Origin: Roseibacillus sp.
Lineage (GTDB): Bacteria; Verrucomicrobiota; Verrucomicrobiia; Verrucomicrobiales; Akkermansiaceae
Reading direction: 5' to 3'
NCBI GenBank assembly: GCA_965242925.1
Contig: CBDEUM010000014.1
Location: forward strand, 160,001-224,000
Length of the DNA: 64,000 nucleotides
This document shows, piece by piece, positions 27,395 to 37,397 of the stretch (within the stretch, counting starts at the first letter, position 1; each line of letters opens with the position of its first letter). Position numbers and translations under genes: made by a program. The notes beneath the pieces were generated by a model. That model had not been told where the DNA came from and did not search any database. It was given only the letters and a program-made list of their open reading frames with translations.

Positions 27395-30300
27395 ATGGAA
27401 TTCCCAAAAACCCATTCCGCAAAGGGACTCCTTTTCAGCCTGTTCCTGCTGGCAGGATCCCTCCCCTCCCCCGCCGCCCCCATCATTTCCGAAATCCTCG
27501 CCGACAACGAGTCGGGTCAGCGGGACGAGGACGGTGACTGGGAGGACTGGCTGGAACTCTACAACCCCGATCCGGATCCGGTTGACCTCGGTGGCTACTT
27601 TCTCACTGATAGCCCGGAAAACCTTCCCAAGTGGCGCATCCCCGACAGCACCGTCCTCCAGCAGGGGCAGTTCCTTCTCCTCTTCGCCTCGGGCAAGGAC
27701 CGGGCGGTGGCCGGCCAGCAACTCCACACCAGTTTCAAACTCGAGAACAACGGCGAATACCTGGCCCTCGTCGGACCGGATGGAGTCGCCATCATCCATG
27801 AGTTCTCTCCCACCTATCCTGTCCAGTTCAACGATGCGTCCTACGGCGTGGAACAGGAACCTGTCACCGCGGAGGATATCCTGGTCGACGTGGATGCAGC
27901 CTGCTCCACCCATGTCGCCCCCGACAACAACCTCGGGATCAGCTGGACCCAGATCACCTTCAACGACAACCTGTGGACCGCAGGCTTCTTGGGAGCCGGT
28001 TACGATCGCGGCATCGGTTACGGCGACCTGATCAACGCGGATCTTGAGCAAGTTGCCTTCAACCAGAGCCCCTCGGTCTATATCCGGGTTCCGTTTGACC
28101 TTGATCGTACCGACAACATCATCAGCCTCGCCCTTGACCTGCAGTATGACGACGCCGTGGTTGCCTACCTCAACGGCGTGCGGGTCACTTCTCTGAACGC
28201 ACCCGGCTCTCTTGGTTTCGATTCCGTTGCCCTGAGTGACCGGCCGGATGCGGAGGCCCTCGACTTCCAGGCTATCCCGCTCAACAACCACCTCCACCGG
28301 CTGCGGGTCGGACAGAATGTCCTGTCCCTCCACCTCATGAACTCGGCCGCCGACGACGACGACCTCCTCGTCCGGCCCCAGCTCAGCGCTATCAGGGTGA
28401 CCGATCTCACCCTCGGCAACCTGGCTTACTTCGCCACCCCCACCCCGGGACAGCGAAACGGCAGCCAGGAGCAGCTCCCCACCAGTGAGGTGATCTTCTC
28501 CCACCGCAACAGAACGTTCAGCGACGACTTCGAGATCACCCTCGCCAGCACCTTTCCCGACGAGGAGGTCCGCTACACCATCGACCGCTCGGAACCCGAC
28601 GCGACCTCTCCCCTCTACACCAGACCCATCACGATCACCGATTCCATCCAGATCAGGGCACGCGTCTTCGGTGAGAACAATGCGGCCGGACCCATCAAGA
28701 TGCGAAGCTTCCTCAAACTGGGCGACGCCAACCTTCAGCAATTTAACTCCAATCTGCCGATTGTCATTCTGGAAACCTGGAACCGGGGAGATCCCGGGGG
28801 TGGCAATCCCCTGGACGGGTTCATGGCCATCATCGAACCCGACCCCGAAACCGGTCGCGCCAGGATGACCGATGAGTTTGACACCGATACCCGGGTGGGC
28901 CTCAAGCGCCGTGGTTCCTCGTCCTTCGGCTGGCCCAAGTATTCCATGACCGTGGAGGCCCGGGACGAAGAGGGTCTCGACAAGGGGATCACCCCCATCG
29001 GCCTGCCCCGTGAATCCGACTGGGTTCTGAGCGGACGCTACCAGTTCGACCGCGCCCTCATGCGCAACGATCTCATCTACGAACTGAGCCGTCAGACCGG
29101 AGAGTATGCCACCCGCACCAAGTTCGTGGAAGTCATTCACAACGTCCGCGGGGGTCCCCTCACCTATGCCGGGGACTACTTTGGCGTCTACTCCCTGACG
29201 GAGAAGATCAAGCGTGATGACAGCCGCGTCCCGGTGGCCCGTCTGGATCCCCGTGCTTCGCGGGAACCCACCATCTCGGGTGGCTACGTGTTCAAGAAGG
29301 ATCGCCTCGACCCGGGAGACGGCGGATTCAGCGTGGGCGGCCTGGGCCGGCTGGGCTGGGTGGAGCCAAAAGAGCGGGAGGTCTCCGGCCGGCAACGAGC
29401 CTGGTTGGTGGCGCACATGAATGAGGCCAACGCCGCCATCAGCGCGGGGGATGGAGTCAATCCGACCACCGGCAAGCACTTCACCGAGTACCTCGACCAG
29501 TTTTCATGGCTCCGTCATCACTGGCTCAACACCCTGGCCATGAACGTGGACGGTTTCCGGCTCAGTGGTTACTACTACAAGCACCGCAGTGACACCAATG
29601 GGGGAAAGATCGGAGCGGGACCGATCTGGGACTTCGACCGCACCATGGGCTCCACCGACGGCCGGGACGATAATCCCTCCCAGTGGGACGGCTCCGGCGA
29701 TTCCAGCCGGACATGGAGTGACAGCCGCTACATCTGGTGGGGCCAGGTCCTCGCCAACCCCGATTTCCGGCAGGCTCACACCGACCTCTGGCAGGAACTA
29801 CGCGAAAACGTCTTCTCCACCTCCAATATCGAGTCGGTCATCAACGACTTTGCCCGGCAGGTGGACGGACGGGATCCACTCGGAGCAAATGCTCCGGCCC
29901 TCGGACGCAGCCCGGCCGAACGCAACTTCACCAAATGGGGCAATGCCAGCCACCGCAACGAGGTCCGCATCCTCAAGACCTGGCTGCGGACGCGGGTTGG
30001 CTGGATCGACCGCCAGTATACCGCCAAGCCGCTCTTCAGCGCTCTCAACGGCATGAAGCGGCCGGGCCTCGTAGCGGCCGGGGACGAGTTCTCCTTCGTG
30101 GGCGACGGGACGATCTTCTACACCACTGACGGATCGGACCCCCGGGCATCGGGTGGCAATTCCTCCCGCACAGCACTCCCCTCCAATTCGAACGACTCGA
30201 TTGAAATCGAGGGCACCACCACCATTACCGCCCGAGCCCGCAACGGTCGTGGTCTCACCGCATGGAGTGGCCCGGTGACCGCCCACTTCCTGATCGGGCC

Positions 30301-31216
30301 CCTTGCAGACGCCTCCAATCTGGTGGTAACCGAGGTCCACTATGCACCCCTGCCGCCCGAGACCTCCGAGGAACTTGCCGCCGCCAATGACGCCTCGGAT
30401 CTCGAGTTCATCGAGATGAAGAACATCAGCACCGAAACCATCAATCTCACCGCGGTGAAATTTTCCGAGGGCCTGGACTTCGATTTCACCTTCTCCGACG
30501 TAACCTCCCTGGCACCCGGCGAGTTCGTGCTGATCGTCCGGAACAAGGCCGCCTTCGAGGCCCGCTATGGAACGGCTCACAGCGATCGCATCGCGGGCGA
30601 ATACGCTCCCACCCGACTTGAAAACGCGGGCGAACAACTGCATCTGGTGGACGGAATAGGAAACACCATCGCGAACTTCCGCTACAGTGACGCCTCCCCC
30701 TGGCCCGAACCGCCCGGCAAGGATGGTGTCAGCATGGTCCTGGATTCCTCCGCCCTCCCTGGTCCCGATTATAATGAAGCCGGGAACTGGATCAGCAGTG
30801 TGATTATCGGTGGAACACCCAACGCCGACGAGGTCATCAGCGGATTCTCGGGCCAAGCCAATGTCGACGACGATGGCGACGGTTATCCCAGGCTCATCGA
30901 GTATGTCCTCGGCACCAGCGACAACGACCCGGACGACACCAAGGGCAGGATCTCCACCGAAATCAGGAGCATGGAAGGACATGACGTCCTCACCATGAGC
31001 TTCCGCCGGATCAGTGACACAGTGAATGTGAATCTGATTCCACAGTTCAGCCTCAACCTCGAAAACTGGTTCGGGGGAGAGGAATTCGTCCCGCTCCTCT
31101 CGGAAGAAACCCAGGGCGACGGGACCACCATCGTGACCTATCGTGCCTCTCCGCCGCAGCAGGAGGGCGTCCCGCGACTCTTCATGCGCCTGCGAGCCGA
31201 GGTCGTGCAACCCTAG
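27395..31216 (+). CDS. Secreted CotH-family kinase with lamin-tail domains and C-terminal domain
   Basis: Signal peptide; IISEILADN..DWLELYN; RRGSSSFGWPK, DRALMRN, YFGVYSLTEKIKRD, NVDG, GPIWDFDRTMG; IFYTTDGSDPR; VTEVHYAP. Confidence 0.88.
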   Translation: MEFPKTHSAKGLLFSLFLLAGSLPSPAAPIISEILADNESGQRDEDGDWEDWLELYNPDPDPVDLGGYFLTDSPENLPKWRIPDSTVLQQGQFLLLFASGKDRAVAGQQLHTSFKLENNGEYLALVGPDGVAIIHEFSPTYPVQFNDASYGVEQEPVTAEDILVDVDAACSTHVAPDNNLGISWTQITFNDNLWTAGFLGAGYDRGIGYGDLINADLEQVAFNQSPSVYIRVPFDLDRTDNIISLALDLQYDDAVVAYLNGVRVTSLNAPGSLGFDSVALSDRPDAEALDFQAIPLNNHLHRLRVGQNVLSLHLMNSAADDDDLLVRPQLSAIRVTDLTLGNLAYFATPTPGQRNGSQEQLPTSEVIFSHRNRTFSDDFEITLASTFPDEEVRYTIDRSEPDATSPLYTRPITITDSIQIRARVFGENNAAGPIKMRSFLKLGDANLQQFNSNLPIVILETWNRGDPGGGNPLDGFMAIIEPDPETGRARMTDEFDTDTRVGLKRRGSSSFGWPKYSMTVEARDEEGLDKGITPIGLPRESDWVLSGRYQFDRALMRNDLIYELSRQTGEYATRTKFVEVIHNVRGGPLTYAGDYFGVYSLTEKIKRDDSRVPVARLDPRASREPTISGGYVFKKDRLDPGDGGFSVGGLGRLGWVEPKEREVSGRQRAWLVAHMNEANAAISAGDGVNPTTGKHFTEYLDQFSWLRHHWLNTLAMNVDGFRLSGYYYKHRSDTNGGKIGAGPIWDFDRTMGSTDGRDDNPSQWDGSGDSSRTWSDSRYIWWGQVLANPDFRQAHTDLWQELRENVFSTSNIESVINDFARQVDGRDPLGANAPALGRSPAERNFTKWGNASHRNEVRILKTWLRTRVGWIDRQYTAKPLFSALNGMKRPGLVAAGDEFSFVGDGTIFYTTDGSDPRASGGNSSRTALPSNSNDSIEIEGTTTITARARNGRGLTAWSGPVTAHFLIGPLADASNLVVTEVHYAPLPPETSEELAAANDASDLEFIEMKNISTETINLTAVKFSEGLDFDFTFSDVTSLAPGEFVLIVRNKAAFEARYGTAHSDRIAGEYAPTRLENAGEQLHLVDGIGNTIANFRYSDASPWPEPPGKDGVSMVLDSSALPGPDYNEAGNWISSVIIGGTPNADEVISGFSGQANVDDDGDGYPRLIEYVLGTSDNDPDDTKGRISTEIRSMEGHDVLTMSFRRISDTVNVNLIPQFSLNLENWFGGEEFVPLLSEETQGDGTTIVTYRASPPQQEGVPRLFMRLRAEVVQP

Positions 31217-31222
31217 CCCCTG

Positions 31223-32635
31223 CTACTTTTTCCCCTTCAACCGGCCCTGGTACTCAGGCCGGTTTCTCCACTCCCTGAAGTAGGGCCGGTAGGCTTCCAG
31301 ATCCGTCCAGAAGATCCGGGGCGGCTGGCGAGAATCAACCTTGCCGGAGGGATAATCCTTTCCCGCCACACTCGCATCGACCGTCGCGTTCCATTTTTGG
31401 AAGGCCTTGCGAAGGCGCTGAGCCACCTCCGGGTGCTTGGCTCTCACATCCTCCTTCTCCGCTGGATCGTCACCCAGGTGGTAGAGCTCAAAGTCTCCCT
31501 TGCTCACGTTCTTCGAGTAGAGCTTGAACTCGTTGTCGACCAAGGCGCCCCGCACCGCGCTCCGAAACCCGATCGGCTTGCGGCGCGGACCCAGCTCCCT
31601 CTCGAAGAGCGGACGCAGACTCTGTCCGTCTTGCGGCTGGAGCATGGAGGCAGCGGGGAGCCCCGCCACTTCCGCCAGGGTGGGAAAGATGTCCATGGTG
31701 GCGGCCGGAAAAGAGGTCACCCGTGGCTTGGTGATTCCCTTCGGCCACTCGATGACTCCCGGCACGCGCAGGCCACCCTCGAAGAGCGATCCCTTGTAGC
31801 CCCGCAGTCCGCCCACCGTGTCGGGCTTGAATCCCGCAAGCCCCCCGTTGTCGCTGCAAAACCAAACCAGGGTGTCGGGGCCGATTCCAATCTCGCGCAA
31901 TCCCGCCCGCAGGGTTCCGAGACTGCGATCCATGGCCGCTAGTTCCGCGTAGTGATGCTGCGACCTCTTATCGAGATTCGCGAAGAGCTTGAGATCCCGT
32001 TCCAGGCCCATCCACGGGCTGTGCGGGGTGCCGAACCAGATCACCGTAAAGGAGGGTTTCTCCGCCTTGGCCTGCGCACCGATGAACTTGAGCGCTTCCG
32101 CCACGATGACTTCCGAGGAATCGCCCGTGAACTCCTCGAACTTCCCCTTCCGGCTCATGACCGGATCCTTGTCGAAGAAATTGGTGACCGAGAGCCACTC
32201 GTCGAATCCGAATCCGCCCGGGCCGTGGGTGTCTTCCTTCAGGATGGGAACTCCCGGCCCACGCAATCCGTTGAGGTGCCACTTCCCGAAATGTCCGGTG
32301 GCATAGCCCGATCCTCGGAGCGCTACCGCCAGGGTCTTCTCCTGCTTGCGCAAGGCAAAACCGTGGCTCTGCACTCCGGTCCGGTTGTGCGTCCGCCCGG
32401 TCAGGACCGTCGCCCTGGTTGGCGAACACACCGGACCTCCCGCATAGAACCGGTCGAAGCGCAGCCCGCCCGCCGCCATCGCATCGAGGTGCGGGGTCTT
32501 GAGCACGGGGTGGTTGTAATACCCGGTCTGTCCCCAACCCATGTCGTCCGCCATGACGAGGACGATGTTCGGTTTTTGCGCGTCGCAGGGGATAAACGCG
32601 ATGAGCAGGAAGAAGGCTGGAAGGAGGATCCTCAT
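31223..32635 (-). CDS. Secreted Cys-type sulfatase
   Basis: ADDMG, CSPTRATVLTG, GKWHL, SDNGG, KGSLFEGGLRVP. Confidence 0.95.
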   Translation of the reverse strand: MRILLPAFFLLIAFIPCDAQKPNIVLVMADDMGWGQTGYYNHPVLKTPHLDAMAAGGLRFDRFYAGGPVCSPTRATVLTGRTHNRTGVQSHGFALRKQEKTLAVALRGSGYATGHFGKWHLNGLRGPGVPILKEDTHGPGGFGFDEWLSVTNFFDKDPVMSRKGKFEEFTGDSSEVIVAEALKFIGAQAKAEKPSFTVIWFGTPHSPWMGLERDLKLFANLDKRSQHHYAELAAMDRSLGTLRAGLREIGIGPDTLVWFCSDNGGLAGFKPDTVGGLRGYKGSLFEGGLRVPGVIEWPKGITKPRVTSFPAATMDIFPTLAEVAGLPAASMLQPQDGQSLRPLFERELGPRRKPIGFRSAVRGALVDNEFKLYSKNVSKGDFELYHLGDDPAEKEDVRAKHPEVAQRLRKAFQKWNATVDASVAGKDYPSGKVDSRQPPRIFWTDLEAYRPYFREWRNRPEYQGRLKGKK

Positions 32636-32747
32636 GAATTGATCTGGCTAGGGGAGGCATCCCACCATGCTTCCCCCGGCGTGGCAACTCATCACGATCC
32701 GCAGCAGCTGCGGCGTATCTCCCCGGACATGGAGCCTGTCCAACCGG

Positions 32748-34238
32748 TTACTTTTTGAGCGCCGTCACCTTGTCAGCCCACGCGATATCCCGGTCAAAGA
32801 ACACTGCGAACGGCTTGTAGTTGTGATACGGCACCGCGTCCTGCTGCCATTGCTGAACGATGCCGTCGTAGCTGCGCCGCATCCTCTGGAGGAGTTCCCC
32901 GTGCTCCTCCGGGAGACGAGCGAGGTTTTCCAGCTCCAGGGGATCCTGTTCCGTATCGTAAAGTTCCTCCACCGGCTCAAAGCCCTTCCCGCTCCAGGGC
33001 CAGTAAATGTATTTCGTCTCCCTCGTGACCACCGCCAGGCTGTGCACTTCGGCCGGTCCCCAGACATTGATGAGGGGCAGCGCTGTTCGGATCCTGCCCT
33101 TCGGGTTCTCATAGAGCGGCAGGATACTGTGCCCATCGATCCCCTCCGGACGCTCCACCCCGGCCAGCTCCAGGATGGAAGGCATGAGATCTATGTTCCC
33201 GGTCAGGGAGTCACAGCGCAGCTCCTTCCCGCTGTTGGAGTGGCGCGGATCATGGATGATCAGGGGGACGCGGGATGATTCCTCGTAGGGCAGCACCTTG
33301 GACCCGTAACCGTGCGACCCACACAGAAATCCATTGTCCGAGGTGAAAATCACAACCGTGTTTCCTGCCACCCCGTTCTTCTCCAGGGCTGACCGGATCA
33401 TTCCTACCGCCACGTCTACTGCGTAAACCTGTTGATGATACGTGGCCATCACTTCGTCGTACTTGGTCGCGTAGTTCCAACCGTAAAACCGCTCATACTG
33501 GCGCCCCTGGCGGCTCTGCCTGGCAAAATGCAGACCATACTCACGACCAAAGTTCCTGGGCTTGGTAAAGGTCCTGCCGGCGTAGACCGCCTCGTCCAGT
33601 GGATCGGGAGTGGCAGGTTTGTGGGGAGCCTTGAAGCTGACGGAGAGGCAAAAAGGCTTCTCCGCCTTCGCCGCCTCCGCAATGAAATCCGCCCCGAATG
33701 CCCCGTAGGAGCGCGAGGAATGCGGATACTTCTCTGCATAGGCCGCCATCGATTTGTTCCTCGCGGTCTGGTAATGCGTCTGTCCCGGCCCCGCCCCCCA
33801 TCTGTCAAAGTCACTCGTGGGCAGCGCCCCTTTCCTTTCCGGTTTCGTCGTGACCACCAACCCTATCTTACCCGCCATGGCGGTCAGGTAGCCCGCCTCC
33901 CTGAGCAGGACCGGATAGGAATTGGCCCAGTGTGAGCTATGGAGGGCCCCATGCTCAAAATTGCATCCGTGCCTGAACTCAACCTTGCCCGTCAGGATGT
34001 TGGCCCGGCTCGCCATACAGATCGCCGTGCTGACATAGTGGCAATCGAAGACCATCCCATCCTTCGCGAGGGCATCGAGGTGCGGGGTCCTTACCTCGGC
34101 ATTTCCGTAGCACCCCATCGAATAGCTACACTGGTCATCAGTGAGCAGAAAGACGATGTTGGGCCTTTCCCCTCCGACGGGAAGAGCCGCGACCGGAAGG
34201 CAGGAGATGCAGGCCAGCAACATCAAGGGAAACTTCAT
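32748..34238 (-). CDS. Secreted Cys-type sulfatase with CxAxR motif
   Basis: TDDQ, CMASRANILTG, KAPH, SDNG, YEESSRVP. Start placed at ATG 34238 (signal peptide). Confidence 0.93.
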   Translation of the reverse strand: MKFPLMLLACISCLPVAALPVGGERPNIVFLLTDDQCSYSMGCYGNAEVRTPHLDALAKDGMVFDCHYVSTAICMASRANILTGKVEFRHGCNFEHGALHSSHWANSYPVLLREAGYLTAMAGKIGLVVTTKPERKGALPTSDFDRWGAGPGQTHYQTARNKSMAAYAEKYPHSSRSYGAFGADFIAEAAKAEKPFCLSVSFKAPHKPATPDPLDEAVYAGRTFTKPRNFGREYGLHFARQSRQGRQYERFYGWNYATKYDEVMATYHQQVYAVDVAVGMIRSALEKNGVAGNTVVIFTSDNGFLCGSHGYGSKVLPYEESSRVPLIIHDPRHSNSGKELRCDSLTGNIDLMPSILELAGVERPEGIDGHSILPLYENPKGRIRTALPLINVWGPAEVHSLAVVTRETKYIYWPWSGKGFEPVEELYDTEQDPLELENLARLPEEHGELLQRMRRSYDGIVQQWQQDAVPYHNYKPFAVFFDRDIAWADKVTALKK

Positions 34239-34392
34239 CGTATGGGAGATGGTCGACAGTATTGCCGCGGAAGCGATCAGGAACTCGCTGTTTCTCCTCC
34301 CCTTCCATGCCGTCACTTCCCACAAGGGGGTTTTAAGCCTTGAAGCTACCAAATAACTCCCCTAAACCCCGCCCCCGAATTCATGCCAAACC

Positions 34393-35901
34393 ATGTCTGA
34401 CACTTCCTCCGATATCGGACTCGTAGGCCTTGCGGTCATGGGTCAAAACCTCGCCCTGAACATAGCTGACCACGGCTTCAGGATTTCCGTTTACAACCGC
34501 ACCACTTCCAAGACCGACAAGTTTGTGGCCGCCAATCCGGACACTCCCGGCGGGGTGGTGGGCGCAACGACCCTTGAGGAGTTCGTGCAGTCCATCAAGC
34601 GTCCACGCAAGATCATCATCCTGGTCCAGGCCGGCGGCCCCACCGACTCGGTAATCGACGGACTGACCGAACTGCTCGACCCCGACGACATCATAATCGA
34701 CGGAGGAAACGCACTCTGGACCGACACCATCCGCCGGGAAAAGGATCTCAATGAAAAGGGCTTCCGGTTTGTTGGTTCCGGGGTCTCGGGCGGAGAGGAA
34801 GGTGCGCGCTTCGGCCCGGCCCTCATGCCCGGCGGGAAGGAGAGTGCCTGGCAGGAACTCAAACCCATCTGGGAAGCGATTGCAGCCAAGGTCGACGAAG
34901 AAACCGGCAAGCCCCTGGAAGGCGCCGAAGCGGGAAAACCCATCGAGGGTGGTGTCCCCTGCGCGACATACATCGGCGAAAATGGTGCGGGCCACTATGT
35001 CAAGATGGTCCACAACGGCATCGAGTACGGCGACATGCAGGTGATCTGCGAGGCCTACAATCTGATGGGGAATCTCCTCGGCATAACTCCCGGGGAAATG
35101 AGCGCGGTCTTCGGGGACTGGAACCAGGGCGTCCTGGATTCATTCCTCATCGAGATTACGGCCGACATTCTCGGTCAGAAAGATCCCGAAACCGGTCAAC
35201 CCTTCGTCGATATCGTGCTCGACACCGCCGGCCAGAAGGGAACCGGCAAGTGGACCTCCATCAACGCCCTCGACATGGGCATCGCCGCCCCCTGCATCGC
35301 GGAGGCTGTCTTTGCCCGCTGTATCAGTGCCCTCAAGGAAGAACGGGTTGCCGCTTCCCAGGTGATCACCTCCAACCTCGAGACTTTCGAGGGCGATCGG
35401 ACAGAGTTCGTGCAGGCCATTCACGATGCGCTCTACTGTTCCAAGATCTGCTCCTACGCCCAGGGCTTTCAATTGATGCGTGAAGCACAGAACGAGTATG
35501 GCTGGCAGCTGGATTTCGGCCAGATCTCCATGATCTGGCGCGGTGGATGTATCATTCGCGCCCGCTTCCTCCAGAAGATCTTCGAGGCCTACCAGGCCAA
35601 CCCCGAAATTGCCAATCTCCTCCTCGATCCCTACTTCAAGAGCGAAATCGACCGCTGCCAGGCCAACTGGCGCAAGGTGGTGGCCACCGCGGCCCTGCAC
35701 GGCATCCCCATTCCCTGCTTCAGTTCGGCGCTCTCCTACTACGACAGCTACCGCAGCGCGCGCCTCCCGGCCAATCTCCTGCAGGGACAGCGCGACTTCT
35801 TCGGAGCCCATACCTACGAGCGGGTCGACAAGGAGCGGGGTCACACCTTCCACATCGACTGGCCCGCCCCCGACCGGCCGCAGATCCAGATCCAACCGTA
35901 A
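34393..35901 (+). CDS. gnd: 6-phosphogluconate dehydrogenase, decarboxylating (NADP+)
   Basis: [67 protein letters not shown]. Confidence 0.98.
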   Translation: MSDTSSDIGLVGLAVMGQNLALNIADHGFRISVYNRTTSKTDKFVAANPDTPGGVVGATTLEEFVQSIKRPRKIIILVQAGGPTDSVIDGLTELLDPDDIIIDGGNALWTDTIRREKDLNEKGFRFVGSGVSGGEEGARFGPALMPGGKESAWQELKPIWEAIAAKVDEETGKPLEGAEAGKPIEGGVPCATYIGENGAGHYVKMVHNGIEYGDMQVICEAYNLMGNLLGITPGEMSAVFGDWNQGVLDSFLIEITADILGQKDPETGQPFVDIVLDTAGQKGTGKWTSINALDMGIAAPCIAEAVFARCISALKEERVAASQVITSNLETFEGDRTEFVQAIHDALYCSKICSYAQGFQLMREAQNEYGWQLDFGQISMIWRGGCIIRARFLQKIFEAYQANPEIANLLLDPYFKSEIDRCQANWRKVVATAALHGIPIPCFSSALSYYDSYRSARLPANLLQGQRDFFGAHTYERVDKERGHTFHIDWPAPDRPQIQIQP

Positions 35902-35906
35902 CCGGC

Positions 35907-37310
35907 CTACTTCCCGCCCTTCGTTCCGATCGCGATCAGTTTGAACCGCGTACGAAAGAAGAGCATCCCCCCGGCCAGAGCCGGTGAGGCCAGGCAGGTA
36001 TCGTCCAGCTCATTCTCAGCTACCACCGAGAATTCATCACCCGCCTTCACCACGAAGACCTTCCCGGTTTCTCCTGCAAAGAAGAGGTGCCTGCCATCGG
36101 AAACAGGTGAGGCGCTGAATCCTCCCCCACCCTGCCCGATCCGCTCGCGGTAGTGGATCTCGCCGGAGACCGCATCGAAGCAGGTCAGGACACCCCCCCC
36201 ATCGCAACTGTAGAGGTTCTTCCCCACCACGATGGGCGTGGCCATGTAGGCCCCCTTGCGCCCATGAACCCAGGGGATGTGCTCGCTGGTATCGTCAACC
36301 TTCCGGAGCGTAATCTCACCCCGGGCGCTCAACCTGACTGCGCGCATGGGGCTGTGCCTGCCGTGCGCATTGCTCAGGAAAACGTTCCCGTGGGCAGTGA
36401 CCGGAGTAGGCACCGGGATGTCACCACCTCCCTGGAGCTTCCAGATCTCTTCGCCGCTCTCGAAATCGTAAGCCCCGGTGTGATGCCAGCCATTAACGAG
36501 AATCTGAGTCTTCCCCTCGTGCTCCACGATGGTGGGCGTCCCCCAGGTCGGGACATCTTTCCGCTCTCTCTTCCAGAGTTCCTTGCCGTCCTCAAGCCGG
36601 TAGACCGCGAGAAACGATCCCTCCTGCACATCGCAAAGAACCACGACCTTGCCGTCGTGAATGACCGGTGAACTCCCAAATCCCCACTGGGCGGTCTTTA
36701 CCCGGAACCAGCCCGCATCCATCGGCCCAAGATCCTTCCGCCAGCGCAACTCTCCCTCCATGTCAAAACAGAAGAGGCCCTCTGATCCGAAAATGGCTAC
36801 CAGGTTCTTCCCATCCGTGGTGGGTGTTGAATTACAATGGGTGGCCTTGGTGTGGCGCTTGACCTTTGGTTTCCCCTCGAACCCCACCTTGTTGAAGAGA
36901 ACCGCTCCCGTCGCTTTGTCGATGGCGAGCAACCGCCATTGCTGCACGCCATTATCGCTGGCGGATCCGACATCACCTCTGACCTTCACATCCAGTTCCT
37001 GCACCCCCCCGGTGACCGCGGTGGCCAGATAGACCCGATCGCCCCAGACAATGGGGGAAGCATGCCCAAGGCCCTTGATCCCGGTCTGCCAACGCACATT
37101 TTCCTGTTTTCCCACGTGCCAGCGGGTGGGCAGTCCGGCTCCTGCCAGGAGTCCACTCGCACGGTGACCCCGGAACTGGGACCACTGTCCCGCCGGGGAC
37201 AATCCCGGGGCGGGTAGAGCAGCCCTGGCGGTCTCTTCAGCTCCCTCAGGCCCAGCTGCAGTCGAGCTGATCATTACTCCGGCGAGGAGGTGGGGGAAGA
37301 ATCGTCGCAT
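35907..37310 (-). CDS. Secreted PQQ-like (BamB/PQQ_2) beta-propeller protein
   Basis: WSQFRG, GHASPIVWGDRVY, WGFGSSPV, WGTP, PVPTP, FSASPV. Confidence 0.87.
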   Translation of the reverse strand: MRRFFPHLLAGVMISSTAAGPEGAEETARAALPAPGLSPAGQWSQFRGHRASGLLAGAGLPTRWHVGKQENVRWQTGIKGLGHASPIVWGDRVYLATAVTGGVQELDVKVRGDVGSASDNGVQQWRLLAIDKATGAVLFNKVGFEGKPKVKRHTKATHCNSTPTTDGKNLVAIFGSEGLFCFDMEGELRWRKDLGPMDAGWFRVKTAQWGFGSSPVIHDGKVVVLCDVQEGSFLAVYRLEDGKELWKRERKDVPTWGTPTIVEHEGKTQILVNGWHHTGAYDFESGEEIWKLQGGGDIPVPTPVTAHGNVFLSNAHGRHSPMRAVRLSARGEITLRKVDDTSEHIPWVHGRKGAYMATPIVVGKNLYSCDGGGVLTCFDAVSGEIHYRERIGQGGGGFSASPVSDGRHLFFAGETGKVFVVKAGDEFSVVAENELDDTCLASPALAGGMLFFRTRFKLIAIGTKGGK

Positions 37311-37397
37311 GGTAGCACTCCCGACAGATTACCAGTAAAACCGTCCTCCGCCCAGAGCAGGATGTCAAGTTGCGGGGAGGGCCTGCCTGTGCGTTCC

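Noticed and set aside
25888..37310. Calling the two PQQ-like propeller genes bamB or PQQ dehydrogenases
   Set aside because: Only generic blade motifs are visible; no bam gene context or quinoprotein catalytic signature I can support.
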